A stretch of 64,000 bases of DNA, from positions 13,330,001 to 13,394,000 of the forward strand of contig JBHGNT010000016.1 in assembly GCA_043228905.1 (NCBI GenBank). The letters run 5' to 3'. The position numbers and the translations under genes were made by a program. Shown here piece after piece: positions 1-12,606 of the stretch. Each line of letters begins with the position of its first letter. The first letter of the stretch is position 1. Below the pieces are notes generated by a model. That model ran no database searches, was not told the DNA's origin, and saw only the letters and a list, made by a program, of their open reading frames with translations. This DNA is from Azolla caroliniana (taxonomy: Eukaryota > Plantae > Polypodiophyta).

Positions 1-39
1 TACTCCTTACCATCCCCTCCACAAAATGTAGTTGCTTCT

Positions 40-472
40 TGTTGAGCAGCAAGCTCAACCGGATCCGGATCGGCTGAATAAGCCTGAGCCGGATCGGCAT
101 TCGGAAGGATGAGCCGTATCGGTGACCCGGTGAGCTGGGGAGCTGTTTAGCCAGGTCCATCAGTAATCGGAAGCCTAGTAGCAGCTAGACTACTAGGCAT
201 TTAATAGTCTCGTAGTCAGTGCCAGATGCTCGAGTGAGCATTGAAGTACGCGGTACTTCTGTCAGTCCTCTCAGGACTTGTATAAATAGTGTTGTTGAGC
301 ACGTTTCATGTACAGAGAACTACTATTGTTTTGTAAGAGATTTGAACGTTTTGCTCTCTCTCTCTCTCTCTGTCTCTCCCGAGTACTCTTTGTATTCTGT
401 GTACTATTCTCTCTCTCTCTGTTCCTACGCAGCCAAGTTGTTGTCTTCCGCTTCCGCACATACGCTTTCACA
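40..472 (+). repeat. 5' LTR of copia A1
   Basis: Direct repeat of 5432-5819; contains (CT)n tracts; followed by PBS. Confidence 0.95.
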
Positions 473-576
473 TGGTATTAGAGAGCGAGGGTTGAAAACC
501 TCTGCAGCTGACATTTGCTTTCGCAAGACAAACCCTACAGGTTGTGAGAATAGAACAGTAGACAGAAAGAAAAAAT

Positions 577-3500
577 ATGGATAGAGGTATGACGAGTTCA
601 CTTCGTACAGAGAAGCTCGACCAGAGCAACTATGCGTCCTGGTCATACAAAATGCACCAATACCTACTGGGGCATGGGTATTGGAGTTTCGTGGAAGGAA
701 TGAATGAGGTAGCACCAGAGCCGAGTATTATACTGCCTCGCGTATTGTGTGCATGACCAGGTACTCGGCTACATAAGGGATGCAAAGACGCCGAAGGAGG
801 CCTAGGAAAACCTGCGTAAGATTTTCGCCGCAAGTACCACAACTCGTAAGTTGCAGCTCCACAAGAGCCGAACAACATCTGTCAAAAAGATATGTCAGTT
901 ACAGACTACACCACCAAAATAAAGGAGATTTGCGACGCGCTTGGGTCCATCAACGTGAAGGTGGATGAAGATGAAATAGTACAAATCTGCCTTGGTGGTC
1001 TAGCGCAAAGGTACGGGCCAATCCGGACAGCGATCTGCACCCGGGAGAAACCACCGACCTTCTTCGACTTGCAATCGATGTTGATGGTTGAAGAAAACCA
1101 CGCGAGTAGGTCCAGGACCACTCAAACAGACAACCGGATGTTGTACACGGAGGCGGATAGGCCCCATGGGCGTAGGGGACGAGGTGGGTCGACACGCACT
1201 GGAGGCGGTCGGCAAGAGTAGGAAAGAAGCCATAGAGAACGGGCCGACAATAGTTCCGAGACTTCCACAAGCAGGGGGAGTCAAGGCGGCGCCGGAGGCC
1301 AGCAAGACAAAACCGCCACGGAATGCTGGTACTGTGGCAAAAAGGGCCACAGAGAAAGCGAGTGCTGGAAGAAGCGCGCCGATTTAGACAGATCTGGATC
1401 CGGCAAAACTGGTCTGGAGAACCGGCAAAGCTCGCACTACGCACAAGGATCGAAAGGATCCGGAACCAGGAAGACTGGTAAGGGGCCAGCCTTGGTGATG
1501 AAGCACGAGGAAAATTCGATGAAGAAGACCACTTCCAAATCGGAGGAAGTATGGTATTTTGATTCCGGTGCGTCGAATCACATGACGAGCCACAAAGAGT
1601 GGTTCTCCTTCCTGGAGAAACGGGAAGAACCGGGAGTTGTCGAAACCGGACACGACACTCCTCACCCAATCGTGCATATCGGAGAAGTCCCTTTGAGCCA
1701 CGTCGGACAAAGGGGGAAGCTGATGAACGTATTACATGTTCCGAATATCACGAAGAACCTGGTGTCTGTTGGACAGATTGTCAACCAGGGGATGCAGGTG
1801 CGGTTTATGCACCTCGGGTGCTTCATCGAGGAAGAAGGCCAAATCATTGCGCAAGGGCGCAGAGACAGGAGGATGTTCATCCTCAACACCAATGACGTCG
1901 GCATCACGTTGTTCGCCGAAGGACAGAAGATTGAATCGGATATTGATCTCTAGCACAAGCGGATCGGCCACGTCAATTACCGGTGGCTTCAAGACTTGCA
2001 AACGAAACAAGTTTTTTTCGGTTTGCCGAAGTTTAGTGGCCGGAAGGCCCATGTATGTGAAGCCTGCCAACTCAGGAAGCAACACCGGCTTCCATTACCC
2101 ACCGAACAAAACCGTAGCCGTAACAAGCTCGACCTTATTCATTCAGATGTATGGGGACCGGCACAGAACGTGAGTCTTGGCGGGAGTTGATATTATGTCT
2201 CCTTCATCGATGACTACAGCCGACACACATGGATCTACCTCATTGAGTCGAAGAGCGAAGTCTTCAAGTGTTTCCGGAACTTGCAAAGCTTGGTTGAGCG
2301 GGAAGCGGAGAGGAAGATCAAGTGCCTGCGGTCGGATGGTGGAAAAGAATATTTTTTCGGCCAATTCAATAGTTATCTGCAGCAAACGGGAATTCGACGA
2401 GAGTTCAACTGCAGATACACACCGGAATAGAACGGTGTAGCCGAGAGAAAGAACCAATCGCTTATCGACGCGGCAAGGGCGATGTTGGAGGAGAAGAGCA
2501 TGCCCAAATTCTACTGGGCGGAGGCGGTACGGATGGCCGTCTATATCCAAACCGGATCGGTGACAAGGTGTTCGCACATGAGCTGTATTTCGAGCACAAG
2601 CCGAATTTGTGACACCTTCGGATATTCAGCAGCATAGCATCTGTGCATGTGCCGGATGAGAAGCGGAGGAAGTTGGATGCAAAGTCGGAGAAATGCATCC
2701 TAGTCGTTTACTCGCATGAGCAAAAGGGGTATAAATGTTATAACCCCTGGACGAAGTAGGACCGAGTTAGCCAGGATGTTGAGTTTGATGAGACGGCATC
2801 ATGGTATGCCTTACCGGCTCCACTTCTGACCCCGACCCGATACCGGAGGATTAGGCTAGTGAGCCTGAACCGGTCTAGTTAGAAGATGAAGACGTCCGCA
2901 CTCTAGAAGAGAGTCTGATCTCATTTCGGTTAAGTGGACCGAATGAGCGGCTGAGTCAAGATGACCAGTCGGATGAAGAACCGGCGAGTAGTGGAGACTC
3001 GGCCGTGCTCTCCCCGTGCAAGGAACCGAGGAGACGGTTCATGCGCAAGGAGAAGGGGAAGAAGAAGATGGCGGAATACAAAACCGGCAACACTGAGTCG
3101 GATCAGTGCGAATCCGACTCTGGAAAAGATGAAGGCGGATCTTCGGGAACGAAGTCCGACCTGGCCAAGAAGGACCCCAAACTGGGTAAGACCAAGTTAC
3201 GCCGGTCTTCCCGCCAGAAGAACCCCATGATGCGGTACGGGTACAATGAGTACATGGCGGATCACTATGCGTACATGACCAAGGGCATGAGCCGGAGAGC
3301 TATGCAGAAGCGGCAAAGGACGCACATTGGCGTGCCGCTATGGAGGAAGAGATGCGGGCACTTGATGCCAACGACACATGGGACCTAGTTGACCCTCCCC
3401 GACGCTGTAAACCGATTGGATGTAAGTGGGTGTACAAGATAAAGTACAATGGTGACGGTTCGGTTATCCGGTACAAGGCCCGACTAGTGGTAAAGGAATA

Positions 3501-4825
3501 TGCGCAGACCCACGGAATCGACTACAACGAGACCTTTGCTCCGGTAGAGAAGATGACGACGGTTCGTGTGGTGCTAGCGGTTGCTGCGGCAAGGGGGTGG
3601 CATCTTCACCAAATGGACGCGAAGAATGCATTTCTTCAAGGCGATCTTGAAGAGGAGGCCTTTATGACCCAACCCCCCGGTTTTCAGTCGAAGATGAACA
3701 AGTCGGCGGTATGCTGGCTGAAGAAGTCACTTTATGGCCTGAAGCAAGCCCCCCGAGCTTGGAATGGGAAGATTACACACCGGTTGCGTAAGATGGGGTT
3801 TGCGGCCTCCAAGTCCGACTCTTCGTTGTTCATCCGGCAAGGTTCGGACGGTCCAATTTGCATCTTGTTGTATGTTGATGATCTAGTCATCACCGAACCC
3901 AGACTCGATGAAATCAGTCGAGTCAAGTCCTAGCTGTCGGACGCATTTGAGATGAAGGACCTGGGGGACCTTCACTATTTCCTTGGGATTGAGGTGATCC
4001 GAACCCCCGATGGCATATTGCTCTCACAAAGACACTATGTGTTGAATATGCTATACAAGATCGGCATGACAGAATGCCGATCTGTCTCAACACCCCTGGA
4101 CCGGAACCAGAAGCTCTGTCCCAACTCCGGACCGGCCTGCGATGAGAAACGGTTCCGACAAATTGTCATAAGCCTTATATATTTGACCATCACCCGAGCC
4201 GACATCAGGTATCCGGTTGGTGTGATTAGGCAATTCATGCAGAAGCCGACCGTACAGCATCTTTAGTGCGCGCACTGAATACTCCAATATGTGAGCGACA
4301 CGAAGGACCGGGGACTATTATACCAGCGAGGTATAACCGAAGAGCTAGTCGGTTACACGGATGCTGACTGGGCTGGTGATGCATCAGATCGCCGATCAAC
4401 TTCCGGTTACATGTTTTCCCTAAGTAGCGCGGTTGTTGCGTGGAGCAGCAAAAAGCAGCCAACAGTGGCTCTGTCGAGCACTGAGGCTGAGTATCGGGGT
4501 GCTACTGTTGCCACTTGTGAAGCCATTTGGCTTCGGCGACTACTGCAAGACCTACGGATCGGGGTACCAACCCTGATCCTGATCTACTGCGACAATATGA
4601 GCAGCATGCAGCTTGCCAAGAACCCCGTATTCCATGCTCGCACAAAGCACATCACTACCACTTCGTGCGTGAGAGTGTCCTGAGCGGTGAAGTCGAACTT
4701 CGGTATGTTCATACGGATTGGCGAGTTGCCGACATCTTCACCAAACCGCTCGGATCGGACAAGTTGCAGCACTTCACCGAAATTCTTGGTGTTCAGCATC
4801 TCGACGTGCCACACTTGAGGGGGAG
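577..4825 (+). pseudogene. copia A1 gag-pol polyprotein, disrupted
   Basis: ORF pieces 892-1221, 1492-1953, 3340-3933, 3952-4266 and 4291-4683 carry copia motifs; in-frame TAG/TGA at 1219, 1951, 2188, 2428. Confidence 0.93.
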
Positions 4826-5431
4826 AACGGGCAAAGGCAAAGAGACTACTGATTGCGCCGGTGAGGGAAGAACCGACAAAGGGGGAGACAAGAAGAAGAA
4901 AGGAGCCAAGTTGACAAAGGAAGTTGACACATCTGAACAAGTCGGAACAAGCGGTAGCGGAGGTAGAGTCAAGAAGGATAGGGCCGACCGGAAGAAGAAG
5001 GCCAAGACCCGGACATGGTCCGATGTGGTGAAGGGCCTGGAACTAGAAGATGAATCGGGAGCGACCGATCGGAGAAGAGCTGGAACGAATTGGAGACAGC
5101 CAATTCGGTTCTACAGAAGGATTCAGAAGAACCCGATCAATTCAAGGCCAAGAGGACGAGAAGGTAGTGAAAGTCGACGCCAACACGAAGGAATCGGCAA
5201 ATCGGCAAGAGCCAAAGTCACAACAGGGCGGGAGTTGAATTGGGTCTATTGAGCAGACAAGCCGATCAAGGAGGTCGAGGTGCGCAAGAACAGAAGGGTT
5301 GCGGCAAACGGGACCGGACCGGATGAGGAGCACGAGCGAGGCGGAGTGACGCCAGAAGGAGCTAGGTGGAAGGACCGACTACAATACAGACTGACACTAC
5401 GATCCGACCTCAAGTTGAGCTTCAGGGGGAG

Positions 5432-5819
5432 TGTTGAGCGGCAAGCTCAACCGGATCCGGATCGGCTAAATAAGCCTGAGCTGGATCTGCATCTGGAAGG
5501 ATGAGCCGGATCGGTGAGCCAGTGAGCTGGGGAGCCGGTTAGCCGGATCCATCAGTAACCGGAAGCCTAGTAGCAACTAGACTACTAGGGAGTTAATAGT
5601 CTCGTAGTCAGTGCCAGACGCTCGAGTGAGCATTGAAGTACGCGGTACTTCTGTCAGTCCTCTCAGGACTTGTTTAAATAGTGTTGTTGAGCACGTTTCA
5701 TGTACAGAGAACTATTAATGTTTTGTAACAGATTTGAACGTTCTGCTCTCTCTCTCTCTCTCTCTTTGCTGCTACGCAGCCAAGCTGTTGTCTTACGCTT
5801 CCACACATACGCTTTCACA
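5432..5819 (+). repeat. 3' LTR of copia A1
   Basis: Direct repeat of 40-472, about 45 bp shorter between the CT tracts. Confidence 0.95.
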
Positions 5820-5899
5820 CTTCTTAAGGCAACTAATTACCTATTCTTGAAGGGAGTATTGTTCCTTCAATGTAGATGAGAAATTTACCGATTTAAATT

Positions 5900-6600
5900 C
5901 CTTAATGAGGAAGATACAACAACTTAGCTCAAGTATCTTTAACTTACTTGTAGCTTGTCCAAATTGTAATCAACGACAATATTTACACTTAGAATGTCCA
6001 GGTTCTTTGAAAGAACCTGGATCTCTATCTGCAGTTGAATTTTCCGTTAGGGATCCAACGGACCCTCAATTTCAAGCTCATGTTGAGCAACTTTGTTCTA
6101 GATAATGCCTAATTAGCATATTATAATGTACAAGGTATTTATAACAATTGGGAGTCAACACTTGCATCATCAATTCCCTTGCGATTTTTTGTTGCATGCT
6201 CCATCTTCTGACATCTTTCTACCAATGCTTCACCATAAATTGCCCAAGCTACCCTGTACATTTCCGGGTTTCGAGATTCTTTCGCTGATTTGCAATACTC
6301 ATATGCAAAAGCTTCGACAAATGCAACAGACAACTCGTTGTTGGCCGGGATCTCTTGGTGTACTTTCTAGTGTAGCCTCATGCAATCGTCGTATAGGTCT
6401 GGTTGTATATGCTTGAGCTTGACCTTGCCTTTCATTCTAGGCACTTTCTAGACTAACAACCAGTCTACATCACTAATTAATTTGTCTGTTAGAACATCAA
6501 GGTCAATACCCTCGAGCGACAGACCATATACGTCCTCCTTTGTCTCGCAAAATTTTGCGAACTTAAGCACTCTAGGATACGAAGGAACGAACCACTTGAA
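5900..6600 (-). pseudogene. Decayed coding fragment of unknown, probably transposon-associated, protein
   Basis: Minus strand reads protein-like across stops (FKWFVPSYPRVLKFAKFCE...LYDDCMRLH*KVHQEIPANNELSVAFVEAFAYE...VAWAIYGE); family not identified. Confidence 0.35.
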
Positions 6601-7489
6601 ATAGAAAATCAGTAATCAGAATTGGTGCAAAAACAAAATTTGTAACGTGAATTTGTGCAAAATTACAATACTTTGCAATAGTAATCTGATATTTATAATC
6701 TGTCCTTTTCAACAATAATCAGAAATCAACCACTTAAAAAATCAAAAACCCTAATAAGAATTTGTAACACATTGTGACAATAATCAGAAATTTGTAATAA
6801 GAAATTGTAATCTAAAGTCAACCTCTTAAGGAAAACACAAACCCTAATCATCACTATGTATGAAATCAATCCTAATACGAAATTTTGTCAATCAAAGACA
6901 CACGTACTACTACATCCCGATCTTCGAGACATCCTTGTTTTAGGACTCCAATGACTTCTCCCTATTCGATTTTGGGGAAAGATGAACAAGCACGAAAGTT
7001 ATAGACAATTATCATAAAGTAAAAAACAAAATTGAGCTAATGTGTAACTGATACATACCTGGATGAGGATCGAATTGGTGGTGTGTTGTAGCTCTGAAGG
7101 TGCAATGTCAATCTCAGAGTTTTTATGCTACTGCGAGAGCTTCATCTAAGTTCGTGCTCAGAGTGCTCCATCTGTTTGGATTTTGAACACAAACTCAAGA
7201 CTAACAGGAAATTAATGACATTCAAGTCTGCCTTAGATGAGGGCACTGTTCCCCAAGTTCCACTATGTCAGAAACCAAAGTTCAAATATTTGAGTATTCT
7301 CATAAATTAAATGACATGTATTCAACTAATAAAACATAGAATTTCATAAATGATCCTTATGATTTCCCATAAAAAACTAGCTCAACAAATAGCTAAATAG
7401 CTATGGCCATAGTTGTAGCTAATTAGCTATAATAGTGTTTCCACTCGCATGCTTTTACCTAAATTTCTTTGACACGACAACGCTGCTTA

Positions 7490-7778
7490 CCCTTGTGCTA
7501 TATAATTTAGCAATAGATGAGCTCACAATTATTGTATGATAATTTGATACTTGATTCTTATCACTGGCTTTAAATCTTGGTTTAATCCAATTCATAAGCC
7601 AATCATTTCTAAAACCTTGTTTTATAGCTTGCTCTATAAATGTTAGTATCCAATGACGAGTATGTGGCCTTGTCCAAATTGAAAGCTCACTTGAGACATA
7701 GGTTATATTTGCAGCTTTCACACTCGCCGTCTTCTTTATTCCCTTATTGACATCATCGATATCGATACATTTATGCAT
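7490..7778 (-). mobile_element. LINE (non-LTR) reverse transcriptase fragment
   Basis: WLMNWIKPRFKASDKNQVSNYHTIIVSSSIAKLY matches the LINE RT PxxKxGD...NYRxI...KL motif. Confidence 0.75.
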
Positions 7779-7888
7779 GGTGTTTTCAACGTTAGACGAG
7801 GAGAAGGTTGGAAGAGAAGAATGTTCAAGGGCAAGGTTCGATGTTTCATGATAGGCTCACCAAATTTTGTTGCATTTGTTGCAAACGT

Positions 7889-9005
7889 TGTCGTGAAGAT
7901 TTTCGGCGATAGTGTGAAACTTGTAAGGAACATACGAAATCGAGTGTGGTTCTTCTCACGAAATATAACACAATAATATTAAAGATACTATTTTAAATAA
8001 GTTTAATATCTTGGCATAAAAAGATGGAGGTCTTGAAGAGCTTCAGAATGTACTTTACTACGTAGAAAACAGACATGTAAGTGTCAAGTTATGTGGGTAT
8101 GAAGTTTGCAAAGAAGAAGAGAAAAATATGTGATATCCCACACAGACAGGACAAATGAGGATCCCACCGTATATAAGGTAGAGCAAAATATATTATCTTT
8201 GTGTTTATGTGTGGAGCATAGAAAGGTTAGGTTATATGACTTAACGAATGGATGTAGCCAAATGCATATAACTATGTGTTTTGGACGAATCCGGCGACCG
8301 ACGGAGCCGGCGAGACGACGACCGGACAGAGAAACGCCTTGTAAAAATACATTAATAATAATAATAATAAACATATATGTATATATATTCAAAAGGGATG
8401 CAAGTAAAGATTTGATCCATACACCTCCACATTGAGAGTCTATAGACTTACCACTAAGTTATGTCATTTCTTTAGAAATGTTTTTCCTATCATTATAGTT
8501 TTATTTTATATGTAAATTCTCATATTAGAGCTTGATTGAGTGAGATGTGATGCATGGACGCCAAATGGCAAACATGCATCACATGCATTCCATGCATTGT
8601 ATGCATGTCTTGTACCCTCACATGCATCATATGCATGGGAGCATCTATAAAAGGATGGATGAAAAAGAAAAAAAGGGTTGTGTATGATTCAAGAATTTAA
8701 GAAGAAGAAAAATTTGTTCTCCAATTGATGATGTATCTTGTCTCTCAAACCTAAAGTTAAAAGTTCGATCTTATCTCTCTCTCACCATATCAATCTCTCT
8801 CAACCTAAAGTAAAGCGTTTAAATCTCATATTAATCTTAATCTCTCTCAATCTAAAGTCAAGCGTTCTATCTTATCTCAATCTCTCTCCCTCAATCTATC
8901 TTAAATCCTTTCTTGCTAAAGCTAGTGCGTGCTTCGAGTCCTTCCGGTCCAGAACCCCAGTGGTTCCACCTCACGATCTGCACATAGTGAAGGATCTTCA
9001 TGACA
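7889..9005 (+). mobile_element. Gypsy solo LTR, same family as 39129-46006
   Basis: Termini TGTCGTGAAGAT...ATCTTCATGACA; ACGT on both sides (7885-7888, 9006-9009); paralogous empty site GTTGCTAACGTTACACC at about 26340-26357; colinear with 39129-40373. Confidence 0.93.
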
Positions 9006-9745
9006 ACGTTATCTCGAATCATCAAGATTTAAATAAAGGGAAGATAGTAGAAGTAAGAGATGGTTGAGGGCTTATGTGGAATAGAGGAACAAGAAGATGA
9101 ATTGGTGAGTATTTTGAATAATTGATTGTACAATGAGTGTCAACTCGCTTTCCAATCGGTTAGGTGGACTTTGTTCATGTATCAATTGGGTCATCCATAG
9201 TTGTTAAAAAAGGTGTATTCTACTTTTATAAGTACATTTTAGAATACTCTAAAAAGTATTCTACACGTATTCTTCAGTTTAGAGCTGCCATTTATAATTT
9301 TTCACATTGTTTAAGAATTTGACTTATTGAACATTTTAAAAATGTTTAAAATTTTAAAAATTATTCTTTCCAAGAAAAGCTTTAAAATTTAAGAAGTATT
9401 TAACATATTTTACACACCGTAGAATATACGTATTTCCAAGTATTCTGCACATATTCTACCAAAATGCCATGAAAGAAGCATCCAAAATTTAATAGTGACA
9501 ACCTGGATTCAGAGGTATCGTTCTTTAGAGTTTTTGTCTTTAATTTGGGGGAAATAGTTTTCAAGCATCTTGACCAGATGATTTGGTAGGTAGAATGTCA
9601 TCTATCCAATGTCTTTATATGTTTTGGGCTAATCATTTTAATCTGTGGAAAAGCAAGTCCTTCGTCTCCTCCCCAAATATTATTCATTCGATCCGTCTAG
9701 ATAGACACAGACCATTGACTGGGGGTGCTTACACTGCACTCAACC
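9006..9745 (+). promoter_or_regulatory. Upstream/promoter region shared by the receptor kinase paralogs
   Basis: Homologous to about 26350-27203 and, proximally, to about 55090-55517. Confidence 0.6.
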
Positions 9746-12606
9746 ATGGAAACTAAGCATTCGTCTTCTTCTTCTCATTATTATTGTGCAGAGCAGCTGC
9801 TGACATTGATCACCGCCATGGCATGCTTATCGCAATGGTCGCCTACAATCCTTACCGCAATGTGACACAGGGTTCGAAAGTCGTGTGGATGGCCAATGCG
9901 GGCAACCCGGTGGGCGACAACGCCTGCCTTCACCTCTCTCCCAATGATACCAATCTCAAGCTCGTGGATTATGACAGGAACGGATCCATCGTGTGGCAGA
10001 CGAATACGTCCGGTCATATCGATGCATTCCTGACCATCACGTATGAGGGAAACATGGTCCTCTTCACTAACGCTACTCTTCCAACCGACTCTACACTCCA
10101 ACAGCACATACTGTGGCAATCTTTCGACCATCCCACCGACACGCTCATGGTGCTGCAAGCCCTTCGGCCCGGCATGAATCTCTCTGCCTCCGCCATGGAA
10201 TCAGGCAATAGCACCAAAACGGCCAGCCACACGCTAGCCATGGAGAACGGAACCCTTACACTCTACACCAAGATTCAATACCAAGCCTTCAATAACCATA
10301 CCTCTACAAGTACTGCAGATTACAGCGGATATGGATCTCCTTATTTGGTTTGGTCCCTCAATGCTACACAGGAAATGGATCATGCAGCAGCGGCGGCATT
10401 GTGCTGGTATCAGGAGCAATACAGCAGTCTCCAATTGGATATTGTTCCATCCGAAATCAACGGGTTAGTCTAACATGTTATTTATTCCTTCCCAGAAAGA
10501 TTCCACATATTAAAAGTTACAGCTAGAATCTTGCTCACATAAAGATTTGCATTTGATGTTTAATCAACCTCATACAGTTCGGACCTAATTTCAAAATACA
10601 ACCAAATTTCGCCAGATGCTTGTGGCAGGCAAGCTAGACAATCCACACAAACCATATTCGCTAACAGTTTCAACCTAACATTTGCGACATTCCTCAGGCT
10701 GGAGAGTGATGGAGACCTTCATGTATACACAAATACTACTCAATTCGCCAGTCTCTCCGAAAGCAGCTCTATAAATCCATGCCAATTCCCTCTCTTCTGC
10801 GGATTCTATGGTGTGTGTGACAAAGAAAAGCAGAATTGCACACAGAATTGTGGTGGGTCGAATGAATTAGAGCTTCAGGATTCCAAGAAGAACGCCAAAT
10901 TAGGCTGCAAGTTCAAGGAGGGCGATGGCAGATGGGAACCGTACCCTTCTTCTTGTGGCGATGGATGGACTAACCATAATCTGAAACCGAATGCTTCAAT
11001 CATAGCAGGGGCCAGCTACTTCTCCAATGCTTTCCTCCCTCCCAACCACACAGGAATCCATGCTCAAGACTGCTGGGGAAAGCATTGTAAGGACAACTGC
11101 TCTTGCACTGCCGCCTTCTGGGAGTCCAAACCCAATGGTTCTGGTTCTTGTTTCCTCATCCAGGGTCCCGTCGCTACCATCATACTCAACGCTTCTGCAA
11201 CTGAGAACGAATTCATGGGATACTTGAAATTCATGGAGAACGCAACACCACCTTCTCTAACCAAACCCATCGAAATAGGCGTCTCAGTAGGTGTCTTTGT
11301 GCTTATCATCGCCTTATTCTTGGGTGGAGGATATATCCATAGGAGACGAAGATTAAAAGCCAGACAACTGGAAGATTATGAGATTGAAAATGAGCTCCTC
11401 GTCGTCTCACTTCTGGGCTCGAAGCCCCAACGATTCACATGGAAGGAGATGCACGAATACACGTGTGGTTTCTCGGATACTCTCGGGGGTGGTGGTTTTG
11501 GCAATGTCTTCCGAGGGGTTATGGACGATGGCACGCCCATAGCTGTGAAGCAACTCATCGATGGAAGTCACCAGGGTAGAAAAGAGTTCATGACCGAGGT
11601 CTCAATTCTGGGCCGAACTCACCATCTTCAACTTGTTCGCTTGCTTGGCTTCTGCCTGGAAGGTGCCACGCACAAGCTCCTCGTGTATGAATACATGGAA
11701 AATGGTTCTTTGGATGCTTGGATCTTCAGTAGAACACCCAAATGTACTCCAGAATCCCAGGAGACTAAGGCTGATAAAAAGTGCAGACCGATCTTGTCGT
11801 GGGAGTGCAGGTTCAACATAGCCGTGGGTACTGCAAAAGGCTTAGCCTACTTGCACGAAGAGTGTGAGGACAGAATCATACACATGCATCTAAAGCCACA
11901 GAATATACTCTTGGGAGCCGATTTCTTCGCCAAGATATCGGATTTCGGGATGTCCCGGAGGGTGGTACGCGACCAACAGAGTGCGGTGGTGATGATGATG
12001 AGGGGAACCCCCGGGTACTTGGCGCCCGAGTGGCTAACTGAGGGGGCCATCACTGAGAAGTGTGATGTGTACAGCTACGGGATTATGTTGCTGGAGATTG
12101 TGAGTGGGAGTAGAGTGAGAGATTGGAGGGCATTCAGGCGGAGGCTGGAGATGAGACCGAATGGTGGCGAGGGTGTGATGGAGCTGGTGGATGAGAGACT
12201 CATGAACTACGGAATGGGTGCGAAGATATATGATGAGGAGCAAGCTATGAGGATGGTGGATGTGGCCATGTTGTGTGTGCAAAACAATCCGAGGAGGCGG
12301 CCAAGCATGAGTAGTGTGGTGCAGATGCTAGAAGGGAAGGTGGGGGTCATACCCCATGCCCCCATTCATTACTATGAACAGATGGGGCTCTTTCCAAGTG
12401 AGAAGATCATGACGAGGAGGAAGCTTGAGCTAGAAGAGCTAGAGCTAGAGCAGGACAGCCATCAATGGGCCGCCTATGGAGAGTCTTGGAAATCCGGAGG
12501 CAACTCGACAGTGACGAGTAAGTCGAGGGAATCGATTTTGGGTAGCAAGACATCATATAAATATATGGAAATGTCGAGGTCAGAGGAATACATGGACACT
12601 CGCTAG
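9746..12606 (+). pseudogene. G-type lectin S-receptor-like kinase paralog 1 (RLK1), probably non-functional
   Basis: ATG 9746 (METKHSSSS); about 330-bp deletion at about 9830 versus RLK2 shifts the frame to an early TGA; B-lectin (VVWMAN...LWQSFDHPTDTL); intron 10464-10577 (GT..AG); EGF/PAN cysteines, TM helix, kinase with HMHLKPQN (catalytic Asp missing). Confidence 0.88.

Larger units (their letters stand above)
40..5819 (+). mobile_element. Complete but inactivated Ty1/copia LTR retrotransposon (copia A1)
   Basis: LTRs 40-472 and 5432-5819 (TGTTG...TCACA); 5-bp TSD CTTCT at 35-39 and 5820-5824; PBS-like TGGTATTAGAG at 473; PPT AGGGGGAG at 5424-5431; gag CCHC (CWYCGKKGHRESEC), protease WYFDSGAS, integrase HSDVWGP, RT YVDD, RNase H TDADW in copia order; many premature stops and frameshifts. 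Confidence 0.97.

Noticed and set aside
4527-5252. env-like extra ORF in copia A1
   Set aside because: It is the frameshifted RNase H end plus a hydrophilic Lys/Arg-rich tail with no signal peptide or TM segment
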